Below, one piece after another: positions 1-11,438 of a DNA stretch of 64,000 nucleotides. The notes beneath the pieces were generated by a model. It saw only the letters and a list, made by a program, of their open reading frames with translations, was not told where the DNA came from and did no database searches. The DNA is from Chlorokybus atmophyticus (lineage: Eukaryota; Plantae; Mesostigma and Chlorokybus algae), in the NCBI GenBank assembly GCA_009103225.1, contig RHPI01000277.1:394074-458073 (forward strand), written 5' to 3'. The position numbers were made by a program, and so were the translations under genes. Position 1 is the first letter of the stretch; each line of letters opens with the position of its first letter.

Positions 1-21
1 GGGGGGGGGGGGGGGGGGGGA

Positions 22-358
22 TGTAATGGAGTGCTACCGCTATGCGGTTCCCCGCCCTTATTTAGTTAGAAAAAAGGGTCCCAACGAGTAACAAACAGCC
101 AATTGAGCCGTATTAGGGCCTTTATGGCCTTAATGTAGTGTTAGCTTATCGCTAACACTGGTATCGATGTGAGGCTCATGTCTCATATCGGTATTAACCG
201 CATGGCGGCGCTGCCAAACGCAGCGGCCGCCATAGCCAGAGCATCTTTTGCTCTGACCACTGCCGAGGCAGCGGCAGCGGCGGTGTGGGCCGGCGGCGTG
301 GCTGGTGGTGGTGTTGGGGTAGGGGATGAAAGGGGGCGGTAGCACCCCCCTTCTTACA
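22..358 (+). mobile_element. Chromovirus-family LTR (probably the 3' LTR of an element lying upstream of the window)
   Basis: TGTAATGGAGTGCTACCGC...GCGGTAGCACCCCCCTTCTTACA with TG..CA ends. Homologous to LTRs at 50538-50859, 54106-54423 and 48653-48871(-). Preceded by a G-run (1-20) in the polypurine-tract position, as at 54097-54105. Confidence 0.9.
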
Positions 359-843
359 CCTGCTATTCTGCCCGATGGGTATTGATGACTCCGCACGAGA
401 GACACGAGCACTCCGTCACGCGCAACCATCCCGACGAGCTCGAGGGGAAGCCGCAACATCGTCAGCAGCTACCTCCTTTGAAGCCACCAGTGGTGCATTA
501 GCAGCAACAGCCACACCGGCTACGACGTTGACTCCGTCAACGTCAGCAGCAACTACTCTAGTTGCACCAGGAGTTGGTACATCAGTGGGCACCGCGACGC
601 CAAAACTGGTGAGCACGATGGCGATAGCCAATACTGTCACCGACTCTGCAGCAGTAGATCGCACCGGTCTCGCTCCAGATGCAGGACCACCTGTGTTAGC
701 GAGCGTTGAGACCACTCTCGTGCCATTGAGCGGCACCAATGCAACCACTGCCAATGCCATTGTTGAGTCCGCTGCCACTGCAGCGATGCGCGCAGCTATG
801 TTGCCTGTCCTCGACGTCACTTAGGCTGTCTCGCGAAGTCAGC

Positions 844-2460
844 AAGCTGGGCGCGCATGGGAGACCATCATGCGTGGAGCAGATCCCACTGCCATCGCTT
901 GAGGGCGAAGAGGAGAGCGCACAACGAGCGTTGAACGCAGTGATCGCGTCTTCCCATTGCCTCATTATCACACCCTGCCTGAGCAAACCTAGCGGCACCT
1001 GGAGGATAAAATCCTCGCCGGCACGGCGCCTCCCATGCGAGACCGCGTCTTTGTGGTCAGAACACCTGTTGTGCTGGAGTTGGCCCTACAGCTGTTCTGG
1101 ACGCTGCATGTCAACCCGCACAAAACCATCACGAGCCGTTCGAGCCAAATCTGCTAGAAACGTATTGAAACCGGCAACATGCAGCAGCACATCAGTGATG
1201 CAGCCGACATGCCTTTGGGTAACGACAAAGCACTGAGACCCCTAAGTATTGTTCGGTTTCACGAGCGCTACACTGCTCTGGAACAAGCAGTCACCTGGCG
1301 ACATAACCAAACTGCAGCCATCAACGCACGAACGCAAGCCCTTGCTGCTGCTCGCGCTTCCGTTCCTCAACCTACAATCGCTAGCCCATTGTCCAGCACG
1401 ACACCTCTCGCCGTTAAACCCGGCATTGACCAGGTGAGGGCGAGGGCCCAACAAACCAAGGGGGTGATCGCTCCGCTGCTACCCGCCTTGGTGGAAGACT
1501 TGCCTGACGATCAACGAGATCCAGGGAGAGGCTACCTTACACCACAAGGGTGTACACAACGGGATGGAGCAAGCTCAATTGGAGAACAGCAAGTTCGCAC
1601 TGCCCTGCGACAAGCGACCATGCTACATCGACAAGAAGGCATCGGCCTGAGACGGATGATGGGGATGCGAGAAGGTGGCAATGCAACGCGAGCGAGACTA
1701 GTAACTTGGCTAGTCACCAATCACCCCGCAGTCCCTTTGTTCGCATTCGGCACCAAATTGTTATGGTTGGACGCCTTCTATTGCTCGCTACGGCAAGCAT
1801 ATGATGAGGTTGCCTCGGCAGCCACTGACATTTTAAAAGGTGCTCAAGAGGCCATGCTGAGGTTGACCGGAGAAGAAGCAGCGCAACAATGCAGACGCAT
1901 CGCAGCTGCTTATGAGCAGCATGTTCAACAGCCGGAGATCTACCTCACTGCGCGTGCACAAGCAATAACGGTGCTAGAAGTGGGGGTGGTCAATGGCAGA
2001 TTGGATGCTTGCATGGCACGGATCCTAAGGGTTCCCACTATTACCCACGACATAAGAGCGCGGCTCCTGCGCGCAGTGTATCTTCAGCCCATGCCTCAGA
2101 ACCATCATCTGGAGTGATGTGGTCAACAACCCAACAGCCACATGGAAAGGTACGCTGCTCAGGGAGGCGGCTAATGCTATACGCTAGAGTTATGTGGAAG
2201 AACAGGCTGCATGGGAGGCGGGCCCACAAACACCCGGTCCTTCAGGGTTTCCCCAACAGCCACTGTCTACGCCACCAGGTATGACCCCGGCCACATAGAG
2301 CGCAATCCCCCTGTGCAACAACTAGGGCAGCACCGTCAGCACCCAGGCCGCAGCGGGTATACCAACAGCCAAGACAAGGATGGTTCGGGCCAGTTCGCGG
2401 AGGTTCTCAAGACCCAGCCGGTCGAGGGGCGCTTGCCGCATTTCGCTCGACGCCACTAGA
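844..2460 (+). pseudogene. gag-like region of the Gypsy-PHD element (frameshifted; longest ORF 1179-2117)
   Basis: Long ORFs directly upstream of the protease. Assignment is positional; no diagnostic motif recognised. Confidence 0.5.
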
Positions 2461-2530
2461 GGAGACTGCAGCAGCAGTCACCCCACGCACACGCGACGGT
2501 TCAAGCGCCTGCATCAACGCCAATGCAGCC

Positions 2531-2760
2531 ATGATCGCCAACAAAGGCAAGCATGTCACCATCAACGGTGGAGCACCCAAGCACGTGATGCTAGACTCTA
2601 AAGCCCAGCCTGTTGTTATTGGATGTTACCTCGGACGCGACCTTGGCATCACCAGCGCTGAGCTGATGCCCTGCCCATACGTGCTCGACACAACAACTTG
2701 CAGCCGTGACAAGGTGATTGGCATCACCAAGCAGGCCCTCTGCATTTGCTTGACAGGGTT
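2531..2760 (+). pseudogene. Retrotransposon aspartic protease
   Basis: HVMLDSKAQPVVIG resembles the LD(S/T)GA motif with G>K decay, and precedes RT. Confidence 0.7.
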
Positions 2761-3065
2761 GGACCCTTCCCACGGCATCAAGGTCATACAGATGTGTGTG
2801 GTCACCGACGGGGTTTCTTTGACTTGCTGCTGCGACAGGACTTCAACTTCCCTATTGGCACGGGGCAGGACTGCTGGACAGAGAAGGCATGGTTTTATCC
2901 CATTGGGATGAGGAGGATGGAGAGGTTCAAGGATACCTGCCTCTCGAGCTGGTGGCTCGCATTTGGTTTTATCTTTTATTTATAGGGGTCCCAGGAGGAT
3001 GCCATCAAAAAAAGTGGCCCGATGACCATCTGAACATCGCTGGCGCGCACAAGTGGTCGCACATT

Positions 3066-3522
3066 TGTTGACATACACACGTGCAAGTGACACGCCAACA
3101 GCATCAACACAAGAGCATGACTGCTACTGCCGCCATAGCATCCGCACACATGCTACATCGTGACCTCTTATCTTCATTGCAATAAGTCTGGGCTTTATAC
3201 CCCGCCAGTCTCTACACACGTCTACATTGGCAAGCACCGCGTGCGCTATACTCAGTCGATTGCTGTTCTGTAAACTACGCTGTCTAGCTTACAACCAGAG
3301 CTTTCCAACAAGCTAAGCCACGTCTGCTAAGCTTACGTATCCACGAAGCTACGCGATTTCTCCCAAGGCTCTACCAAGCAGCCTGGTCCGGAGTCCGTCA
3401 TGACTCGACGGTCTTGCTAAGTCTGGAGCCCACGCGCTTCTTCCTAGTACCTTCGACCCTCGACTCCTGTATGAAGGGCAAGCTGACCGGATACAAGCAT
3501 CACCCATGTAATACCTTCAACA
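3066..3522 (-). mobile_element. Solo LTR of a Copia family
   Basis: TGTTG...CAACA ends. Shares ATGAAGGGCAAG(G)CTGACCGGATA with the LTRs at 11439-11903 and 16012-16470. Flanks ACATT/GCAGT match only 3/5 (decayed or absent TSD). Confidence 0.8.
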
Positions 3523-3737
3523 GCAGTCACTGTGGAGGACATTCCAGTAGTCGCCAACGCTACCTCTTAGTCCCGGGCTATTGGACCACTGGCTACAGGC
3601 CATACACGAGAACAGCTCGAGGCTCTCCTCAACAAGTGGAGCAGTTAGTTCAGCTTTAGCGTGAAGAGACTGGGCAGCTGCTTAGTTTATCACATGGACA
3701 TCGAGTTGGTAGACACTGAACCGGTGCTCCAACGATA

Positions 3738-4914
3738 GTGCAGACTCTCCACGTTGGAAGAAGACTTAGTGGAGCAGAGGTGCAAGGCTCTGTTAGATGC
3801 AGGCCTGATCGAGGAGTCCACATCAGACTTTGCGGCCACGACCGTCATGCCGCTAAAGAAGATTTAGCAGGCAACTGGACAGATCGGCGTATACGCGGTG
3901 ACTACCACCCCCTTAACAACAAGACCAAGCAAGACATGTATCCAATGCCTACTGCAGAAGGTATATCCGATTATGTAGGAGACTGTACAGTCTTTGATAT
4001 CCTGAACATGCGCCAAGGGTACAACAACATCGTCATCAAGGAGGAGGATAAGCACAAGACCTCTTTCTGGAACAATCAGCAGCTATACCAGTGGAAGGTC
4101 ATGCCCTTCGGACTGAAGAATGCTCCTGCCAAGTTGCAGCGCGTCATGGACAAAGCCCCCAAGGGATTGAACTTCGCACGTTGCTATATCGACGACATCC
4201 TCATCTTCAGTCGCAGCAATAGCGAGCATCTCCGGCACATCGAGGAGGTGCTACAGAGAATGAAGGAAGTAGGGATGACGGTGCACCCCGACAAGTGCAT
4301 CTTCTTTACCCACAAGGTACCGTACCTAAGGCACATGATTGTGCCCCACAGTGTGTATGTACAACAGGCCAAGGTGGAGGCACTGGTGGCCATCCCTGCC
4401 CCCACAGATCTCACGCGACTGCGTGCTTTCCTTGGCCTTGCCCAACTACTACAGACGGTTCGTCAAGAATTTCGCGAAGATTGCGCGGCCACTCAACGAG
4501 CTGCTAAAGAAGACCACGGAGTTCTTGTGGAAGGAGGCACAACAAGAGGCCTTCGAGGAGTTGAAGCTCCAACTCACCACAGCTCCCATTCTTCAGCGAC
4601 CTGACTACAACAGGTTATTCATCCTGCACACAAATTGGAGCAAGCTCGGCATGGGAGCGTTGCTCGTGCAGCACAATAACAACAAGAAGCAGCGCGTAGT
4701 GTCGTATGCCAGCCGCAGCAACAACAGCGCTAAGGCCAACTACAGTTACGAGGGGGAGTGTCTTACCACAGTATGGGCCATCCCCTTCTTCCGCCCCTTT
4801 CTGTTTGGACGGCAATTTCAATTGATCACCAACCACCAACCACTGAAGTGGTTGATTACTAACCGGCACTTGACAGGCAAGCTGGCACGATGGGCACTAC
4901 TGCTGCAGGAGTAA
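3738..4914 (+). pseudogene. Gypsy reverse transcriptase + RNase H (frameshifted)
   Basis: YQWKVMPFGLKNAPA, ARCYIDDILIFS, LHTNWS (D>N), NYSYEGECL, LITNHQPLKWL. Confidence 0.95.
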
Positions 4915-5389
4915 CACTTTGAGGTGGAGCATCGGGCAGGCCTATCCAACCACCAACGCAGACGGCTCTAGTTGCAAACCCCACCTCGGCACCAACGATG
5001 CGATAGGAGCCCGACACTAGTTGGGTCCTACAGCCGCACCTCCAAGTATAGCGGCCATGTTCGCTGTCTCTGCACTACGTTCATGGCGTAAGACCCAGGC
5101 CACTGAGGCAGCAGCAGACGAGGACGTGCCTTCTCTCGGGCCCATCGTCGCCGTCACCGTCACCGTCACCATTACCGTATCAAAGCAAGCGCTCGCTTCC
5201 GACCCTGAGGTGGACGATGAGGAGTTGGCACCCACCGACACACGACAAGACATCTGGCTGGACAAGCCATCCATGGCACTGCTCCGGCATGAGCGCCCGC
5301 GAGAAAGACCGCGTCGGTTAACGCACTCAGCGCTATTGTTGGGCCGACAACAAGCTGTAATGACGGATATAGAATGAGGACAAGGAGGT

Positions 5390-6236
5390 CCCAACACCAG
5401 CTGCGCGAGAAGGCATCATCGCTGCCCTTCACACCGAGCTCGTACATTTCGGTGTCAAGCGTACGGCTAGCCTGGTCGGGACTCAATACTGGTGGTATGG
5501 GGTGCACAGACAGGTGCGCGAGTTTGTCAGCGACTGCCAGCAGTGCGACATGGTCCGCGCGAGCCTCAACACGCGCAATGCCACCTTGCATCCCCATCTC
5601 GGGAATGTTCTACCGCTGGGGACTGGACATCCTCGGGGACTTATCGCCCTCAGCACGAGGCAACCATTACATCCTCGTCATAATCGAGTACTTCTCCAAG
5701 TGGATGGAGCTGGTACCGCTGCCCGACAAAAGCAGCAAGGGAGTAGCCCATGCTTTCCTCTCCCATATACTTGAGCGCTTCGGCAGCAGTGCTCAAATCA
5801 TCACCGACCAAGGTACGGAGTTCAGAGGAGCCTTTGACAAGCTCATGGAGAGATGCTTCATCGACCATTGCCGCACTTCACGCGACCATCCACAAGCCGA
5901 TGGTCTCGCTTAGCGAACCGTGCAGACCATCAAAGAGAATTTGCGCAAGTACGTCCTCAACTACAAGAAAAACATATGAGACGACCACCTTCCATGGGTA
6001 GCACTGGGGTACCGACTATGCAAGCAGGCAGCACTGCGGGAGTACAGCCCGTACTATTTGCTGTTTGGAAGGCAGCCATTGCTCCCTTTCCGCGCACAAC
6101 AGGAGGTCGACAGAGTGGTGGACAATCTTGACAACCCCGTCGAGATGCTATACGATCTGACAGTGCGCAGCGCGCTGTTTGGACACACTGTCCCCATGGC
6201 CTTCAACAACCTGCGCATTGCTCAACACCGCGACAC
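5390..6236 (+). pseudogene. Gypsy integrase (Zn-binding + core), frameshifted
   Basis: H..HFGVKRT...VREFVSDCQQC, RWGLDILG, IITDQGTEF, HPQADGLA, LFGRQPLLP. Confidence 0.9.
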
Positions 6237-7813
6237 TGTCACGCATTGGGATAATTTATGACAGACCTCACACATGGTAGTGTCTTTTACTACCATAGCC
6301 TAGTGGTCGGGCCACAATGGTAACGGAGCTTAACGTCTCAGGTTCAATTCCCTTTGGGGACGGAGGCAGATCCAAGGCAAAAATAAAAACATTTGGGGCG
6401 GCTTGCCCTAATCTGCGCGCGGGATCACAACCTGCGCGCCAAGCCAGTTCAACCTAAGAGCCACAACGGACCAAGTTTTAGGGCGGAAAGTTTTAAGGCG
6501 GCCCTAGAACCTGGTTTTAGGCCCTTAAACTGGTCGGGCCCTAAAACGCAAACGAACCGACGTTTTAGGGCCCGAAAATGTTACGAATTGCGGGGAGCGA
6601 CGTTTCATGTCTCTCCCTCAACTAAACAAACAGTGACGCGTGTCCAGACTGCAGGTGTGGGTGGGGGCGGCGGTGGGGGCGGCGGCGGGGCGGTGTTTTC
6701 GGGGGTGGGGGCGGCGGTTGTTAGAGGGGTGTCAAGGGATTATTGTGAGTAGTGTAGTTGCAGTAGAGTTGTTAACTAGTCAACGGGTGGCAGTCTGCTG
6801 TATTCAACCAGTCTACTCATCAGCAGCTGGCTCTCCTTGAACGCATTTGCTGGTAAGCCAGTAGTCAGGCGCTGTGCGGGAGACATGCTTAGGTAGGGCA
6901 TTGCATCTGGCGCTTGTTCGAATGTTGCAATGCGTCTGTAACAGCTCCACAAGAAGTTCCACCTAAGATTTGACGTTTGTGTCAACACATGCAGCTATAA
7001 GACACAAGTACTCATGTATGTCACCCAAACCTTGCGCTCTGTCCTTGGTGCGTCAGTCATTCATCAGTTCGACAACCACAATGCGCCCATCAGCAAGGGC
7101 TATCAGCTCCTCTGTTGTCCTACGTGTTCCCCTCCCTGCAGGCCCCGCCATTGTGCACGCAAGCCGCCCTTTTTCAGCCTCAGATCACAACTGACTAGTG
7201 AATCCGGACTGTAAGGGAGCTTTGGGGTGCACCATGCCAGAGGTGAGAACCGTTACATGCAGGTGCTGGTCGTGTCTGCATTTGCGTGTGTAAGCATGTG
7301 TCAGCATGCGTGTGCAAGCATGCGTGTGTGAGCATGCGTGTGTGAGCATGTGCAAGGTGTGTAGGTGTGCGTTGTCTTGTAGGTGTGCATTGTTAGCATT
7401 AGCAAGCGCAGTTGTTAATGTCCCCATGTTGCAACTTGTCTTGCACGCAGTCTGCTGCTGGCTGAGTGCGTGCAAGAGTGTACAGTGTTAACGTGCTTAG
7501 GGTGTGTGCATGGTATGGTGTATTGTTGCATCTGGTCTTACACGCACTCTCCTGCTACTTGCTAAGTGCGCGCAGGACTGATCAACGTTACCGTGCTTGT
7601 GCGCTCACCCTTGCTTGCACAAACTCTGCTAATTGCGGCATCTGAACTTGTTTATGTGCATGGTCTTGGCAACGTGTAGCTCTTTCACATTCAGTATGGC
7701 GTGTATTGCATAGAGGCCAGCAAGTGTCAAGAGATGATGCGTTCGTCTTGGGCCTTTTGGTAGTGGTCTTCTTGCACTTTGCGTAAGTACAACCAGATGT
7801 TCTGCATCAACCA

Positions 7814-9183
7814 ATGCAGCACGTCTGGTTGTACTTATGCTCTCGTCGAGGGCGGTTGTTGTTGCTAGACAGGGCTAGGCAAAGACTGTTGCGGCCAAGG
7901 CCGTTTAGGTATGTGCGAGAACAGACTTGGTTTACAGCATTGTCAGGTAGTTGGCCAGATCAGTTCTGGCGTTATCATTGGCGTATGTGTCGTGCAAGTT
8001 TTATCAGGTTGTGCGACTTGCTTGAGCCCCTCCGGCGGTCAGAAACTTGTGCAGGCAACACAGTCTCAGTGGAGATGAGAGTTATGATAGGCCTTCATCG
8101 CTTAGCACATGGTAGTGACTACCACACACTATCTTTAACATACGCGGTTGATGTTCAAACAGTTGCAGACATTGTGAAGGAGATGTTCGCCTTCATCAGA
8201 TCCTTAGGAAGGCAGTTTATACACTGGCCTACAAGCGACATATTAGCACATGTGATGACTCAATTTCAGCTGCAGAAGGGCATGATCGGGTGCTGTGGAG
8301 CCATTGACGGGAGCCACATACCCATTTGTAAACCACGCACCGAGCAATGTGCAGAATATTACAACAGAAAAGGTCACTACAGTGTCGTCATACAGGTAAG
8401 GGCAGTGCGTGCCTCGGCTGGATGCAATATGTGGGGATATTGACGTGCGTGCTGTTTACAGGCTGTCGGTGACATGACCGCACACTTTCAAAACTTGCAG
8501 CTGGGCTTCCCGGGTTCTGTACATGATGCACGAGTGTTTTTCGACGGTCCTCTGTGTGGCGAAGGATTGATGGTGGGGACATTATAAGGGCACCTATCAT
8601 GACTTTACCCGTAGGTGAGTCCCGTGCATATTGCTGTAAAGGTGCATTGCTGTTGAAGCATCATGAGGTTGATTAACGCATTGCTTGGTAGGTGATGAGA
8701 TCCACCCATACTTGCTTGGTGATGCTGGTTACCCAGCGTCGCAGCACTTCGTGGTGCCATATCCAGGTCCACGCGACGACTCTTGCATGCCAAAACTCAA
8801 GCGTGACTTTAACTTCAAGCATTCAAGTGCACGTATCATCATCGAGCATGCATTGAGTAAGTGGTCATGATATAGCATATGTACGCACTCAAGACAATTG
8901 ATGCAGAGCATTTGGATGTGCAGGGGTGTTGAAGACACGTTGGCGTATACTCATGGTGCCACAAGGTGTTGCATTGGAGTTTCTGCGTGATACAATCATC
9001 TCAGCCGTAGTGCTCCATAACTTCTTGTTGGAATGCGCTGAGGAGGATCCAGAGATTATGCTGCAAGCACGCTGGCCTGAGCATCTGCTTGAAGATAATA
9101 TACAACAAGATCAAAGTTTATGGCCTAACAACAATGCCAACTACGTACGCGACTTAATTGCTGAAATGTTTGCAAAAGGTTGA
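7814..9183 (+). pseudogene. Harbinger DDE transposase, spliced (introns ~8395-8461, ~8612-8690, ~8856-8923), with a frameshift near 8535
   Basis: GAIDGSHIPI, YYNRKGHYS, GFPGSVHDARV, YLLGDAGYP, IIEHA, LKTRWRIL; GT-AG junctions. Confidence 0.92.
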
Positions 9184-9334
9184 GACAATGTCACATACTA
9201 TTTCTAGCAACGTCATCCGGGTGATGAGCTCGTCATTATCATGCCATACAGCTTACATGATTCTTACATACACAGAAAAAAAAAGAGCCAACCACACATG
9301 CTACACACATGTACGGCAATGTGTTTATCAGAGC

Positions 9335-10700
9335 TTAAGCTGCCTTGAAGTTTGCGAGTGCTGCCGCCACCTTGTTCAATGACGACACAAATGCCTCGCG
9401 GTCGGCAGTCATCTGTTCTACCTTTGATGCAGTGGCCTTACTACTTTGAGCACACATCTCAGTAAGAAGTGAACGGCTAAACTCTTGATCTTCATGCACG
9501 AGGTCAATAAAGTTGTCAGCGGTAGCAGCTATCTTCTTTTTGCCCTTTTCCTTGCCGCCAGATGCTGTGGTCACACCTTCACTCTGCTCATCTGGTGAGC
9601 TAGAGTCCCATGGAGCGGCACAAGGACACTTGGTCTCTTGGCTTGGGGCAGCTGCAGGCTGTTTCCTTGGGCGCCCTATGCATATTGCAGTCAGCAAAGA
9701 CACCGCGCAACACATGCACCACTGCATGCAGACATCAGCACTTTGACCTCTCTTCGGTGGTGCTTTGGGTTGCTTGTTGTCAGCAGCTAATGTGGCGGGC
9801 TGAGGTGTCGTTTGCTGCTGAGTGGACGGGTAAGGCCCTCCAGCAGATTGCTGATGCTGACTGTCCCTCCAAGCCCCTCCCCCTGGCACTTGTGTAGACG
9901 GAGGTGGTTGTGTAGACTGAGTGGGTTGGTTGACGTTGGGTGTGCTCGAGTTGGCTCCGTGCATTCGCCTCAGCTAGTCCTAAACAAGGCAAAAACACTT
10001 GTCAACAACGCCCCAACAGCAGACTGCATGCATAAGCATGCACAGTTGTTGTTGACAACACCCTGAACAATTGCGTGCGCAAGCATGCATTAATGACAAC
10101 ATTACGACCACCTGCTTGCACAATCATGCACAACCATGTGTTGACAACAACACGACAAACGCTTCTTGCACATGCATGCACAGCTGTTACAACACCCTAA
10201 ACAACTGCAACACCATGTGTGAATGACAACACATAGAACACCTCCTTGCACAAGCACAATTATTTTATGATCACACCCTAAACAACTGTGTGCACAAGCA
10301 TGCATTGACGACAACACCCCAAACACCTGCTACATCAGTATGCACGGTTGTTGTTGACAACAACCTCAACAATGGCTTGCACAAGCATGCACAGTTGACG
10401 ACAGCACCCCAAAAACGTGCTTGCACAGCACCCTAACCAGAATGCACAGTCCACCTACCTGTGTGTCAAGGGAAGGAGCTGTATGGGTCGCATATAAAGC
10501 GGATGTCGCATCAACGCCCACACCGTTGGGTGCTCCTGGCTGCGGCTAGAAGCCAGCCGCTTGCCAAGCCGCAGCCGCCGGCATTTGAAGAGGCGGCTGC
10601 CAACTCATACCACCACCGCCTCTATCCCCACCGCCGCCGCCGCCATCACCCACACCCTTCATGTGCCTGCCGTCTGCAAGCACGAAGGCGCTCACGATGT
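9335..10700 (-). CDS. Putative second (accessory) Harbinger gene, convergent to the transposase; exon structure uncertain
   Basis: 209-aa ORF 9335-9964 with a low-complexity linker and a helical C-terminus. Harbingers normally carry a second gene, but no Myb/MADF motif was recognised. Confidence 0.45.
9990..10440. repeat. Degenerate ~40-45 bp minisatellite (GACAACACCC..AACA..TGC..GCACAAGCATGCA) inside Harbinger
   Basis: About ten imperfect recurrences of TTGACAACA/CACCCTAAAC/AAGCATGCAC. Confidence 0.7.
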
Positions 10701-11438
10701 GAATAACAGTGGCGATGAAGGCGGGAAGCTACCAAATGCGCGGGAAACCCTAACAATGATTTGTTTTTACCCCCTAACTGTGCATTTTCGGAGTGTTACA
10801 AAATTGATACGAGGTTTTACTGCATCAATGCAAAACCTGACCCTAAAACCGCAGCGCGTTCGCATTTTAGGTACATGCGAAGTTTTAGACGGGCCGCGGG
10901 CCCTAAAACGCAGGCCATAAAACCTGGGTCTGTTGTGGCTCTAAGGCCGCGTGAGCGGTTGCGCTGCGATGGCAGGTCGCGCGGTGAGGATGGCCGTTTG
11001 GTCGGTCGGGACCGTGCGTGGGCCGGATCTAACAGGCCGCGGGCAGACCAATCGTGGTACGGCCGCAAACACGGCGACATGGGCTAGTGCCTCATTGGAT
11101 TATAAGGAACTCATAGGTTAAATTGGGGAGGAATGTCACGACGGGATAAATTGACAGACCTCACTCATGGTAGTGTCTTTTACTACCATAGCCTAGTGGT
11201 CGGGCACTCATTGTTGCAAACACGCTTCGCTACGAGCGTGTGCGCAGCGGTTTCTACAAGGAGCGAGAATGCCGCTTTCGACCAGGAGACTTCGTCTACC
11301 GCATGGCGGCCACACACGACACCCTCGACACCTCCGTCGGGCGCGCTGTCTGTAAGGTATTGAAGGTGTATCCCACAGCGGTATTTAACCTGCTGGGACA
11401 ACAAGGCAAACGTATGAAGGACAGCATGGTGTACCGCG

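Larger units (their letters stand above)
6458..10941 (+). mobile_element. PIF/Harbinger DNA transposon
   Basis: TIRs GAGCCACAACGGACC / GGTCTGTTGTGGCTC (one mismatch), TAA target duplication (6455-6457, 10942-10944), transposase inside. Confidence 0.93.
6237..11218 (+). mobile_element. TRIM family 1 (non-coding LTR element, ~495 bp once the nested Harbinger is removed)
   Basis: ~80-bp direct repeats 6237-6316 and 11134-11210/11218 starting TGTCACG. PBS-like TGGTAACGGAGC 6318-6329; PPT GGGGAGGAA 11125-11133; TSD GACAC/AACAC. Host integrase frame QHRDT|LRYER rejoins. 3' end ambiguous between 11210 and 11218. Confidence 0.85.

Noticed and set aside
375-824. Ala/Thr-rich ORFs on both strands as stand-alone genes
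   Set aside because: Low-complexity, GC-rich sequence at the 5' end of the Gypsy gag region with no recognisable domain.
6237-6316. Cassandra (5S rRNA) or hammerhead retrozyme LTRs in the TRIMs
   Set aside because: No 5S rRNA similarity and no CTGATGA...GAAA hammerhead core seen in either TRIM family.
6289-6360. A real tRNA gene
   Set aside because: A/B boxes and a D-stem (GCCT/GGGC) are present, but there is no anticodon stem, the acceptor pairing is poor, and the sequence spans an LTR/PBS junction.
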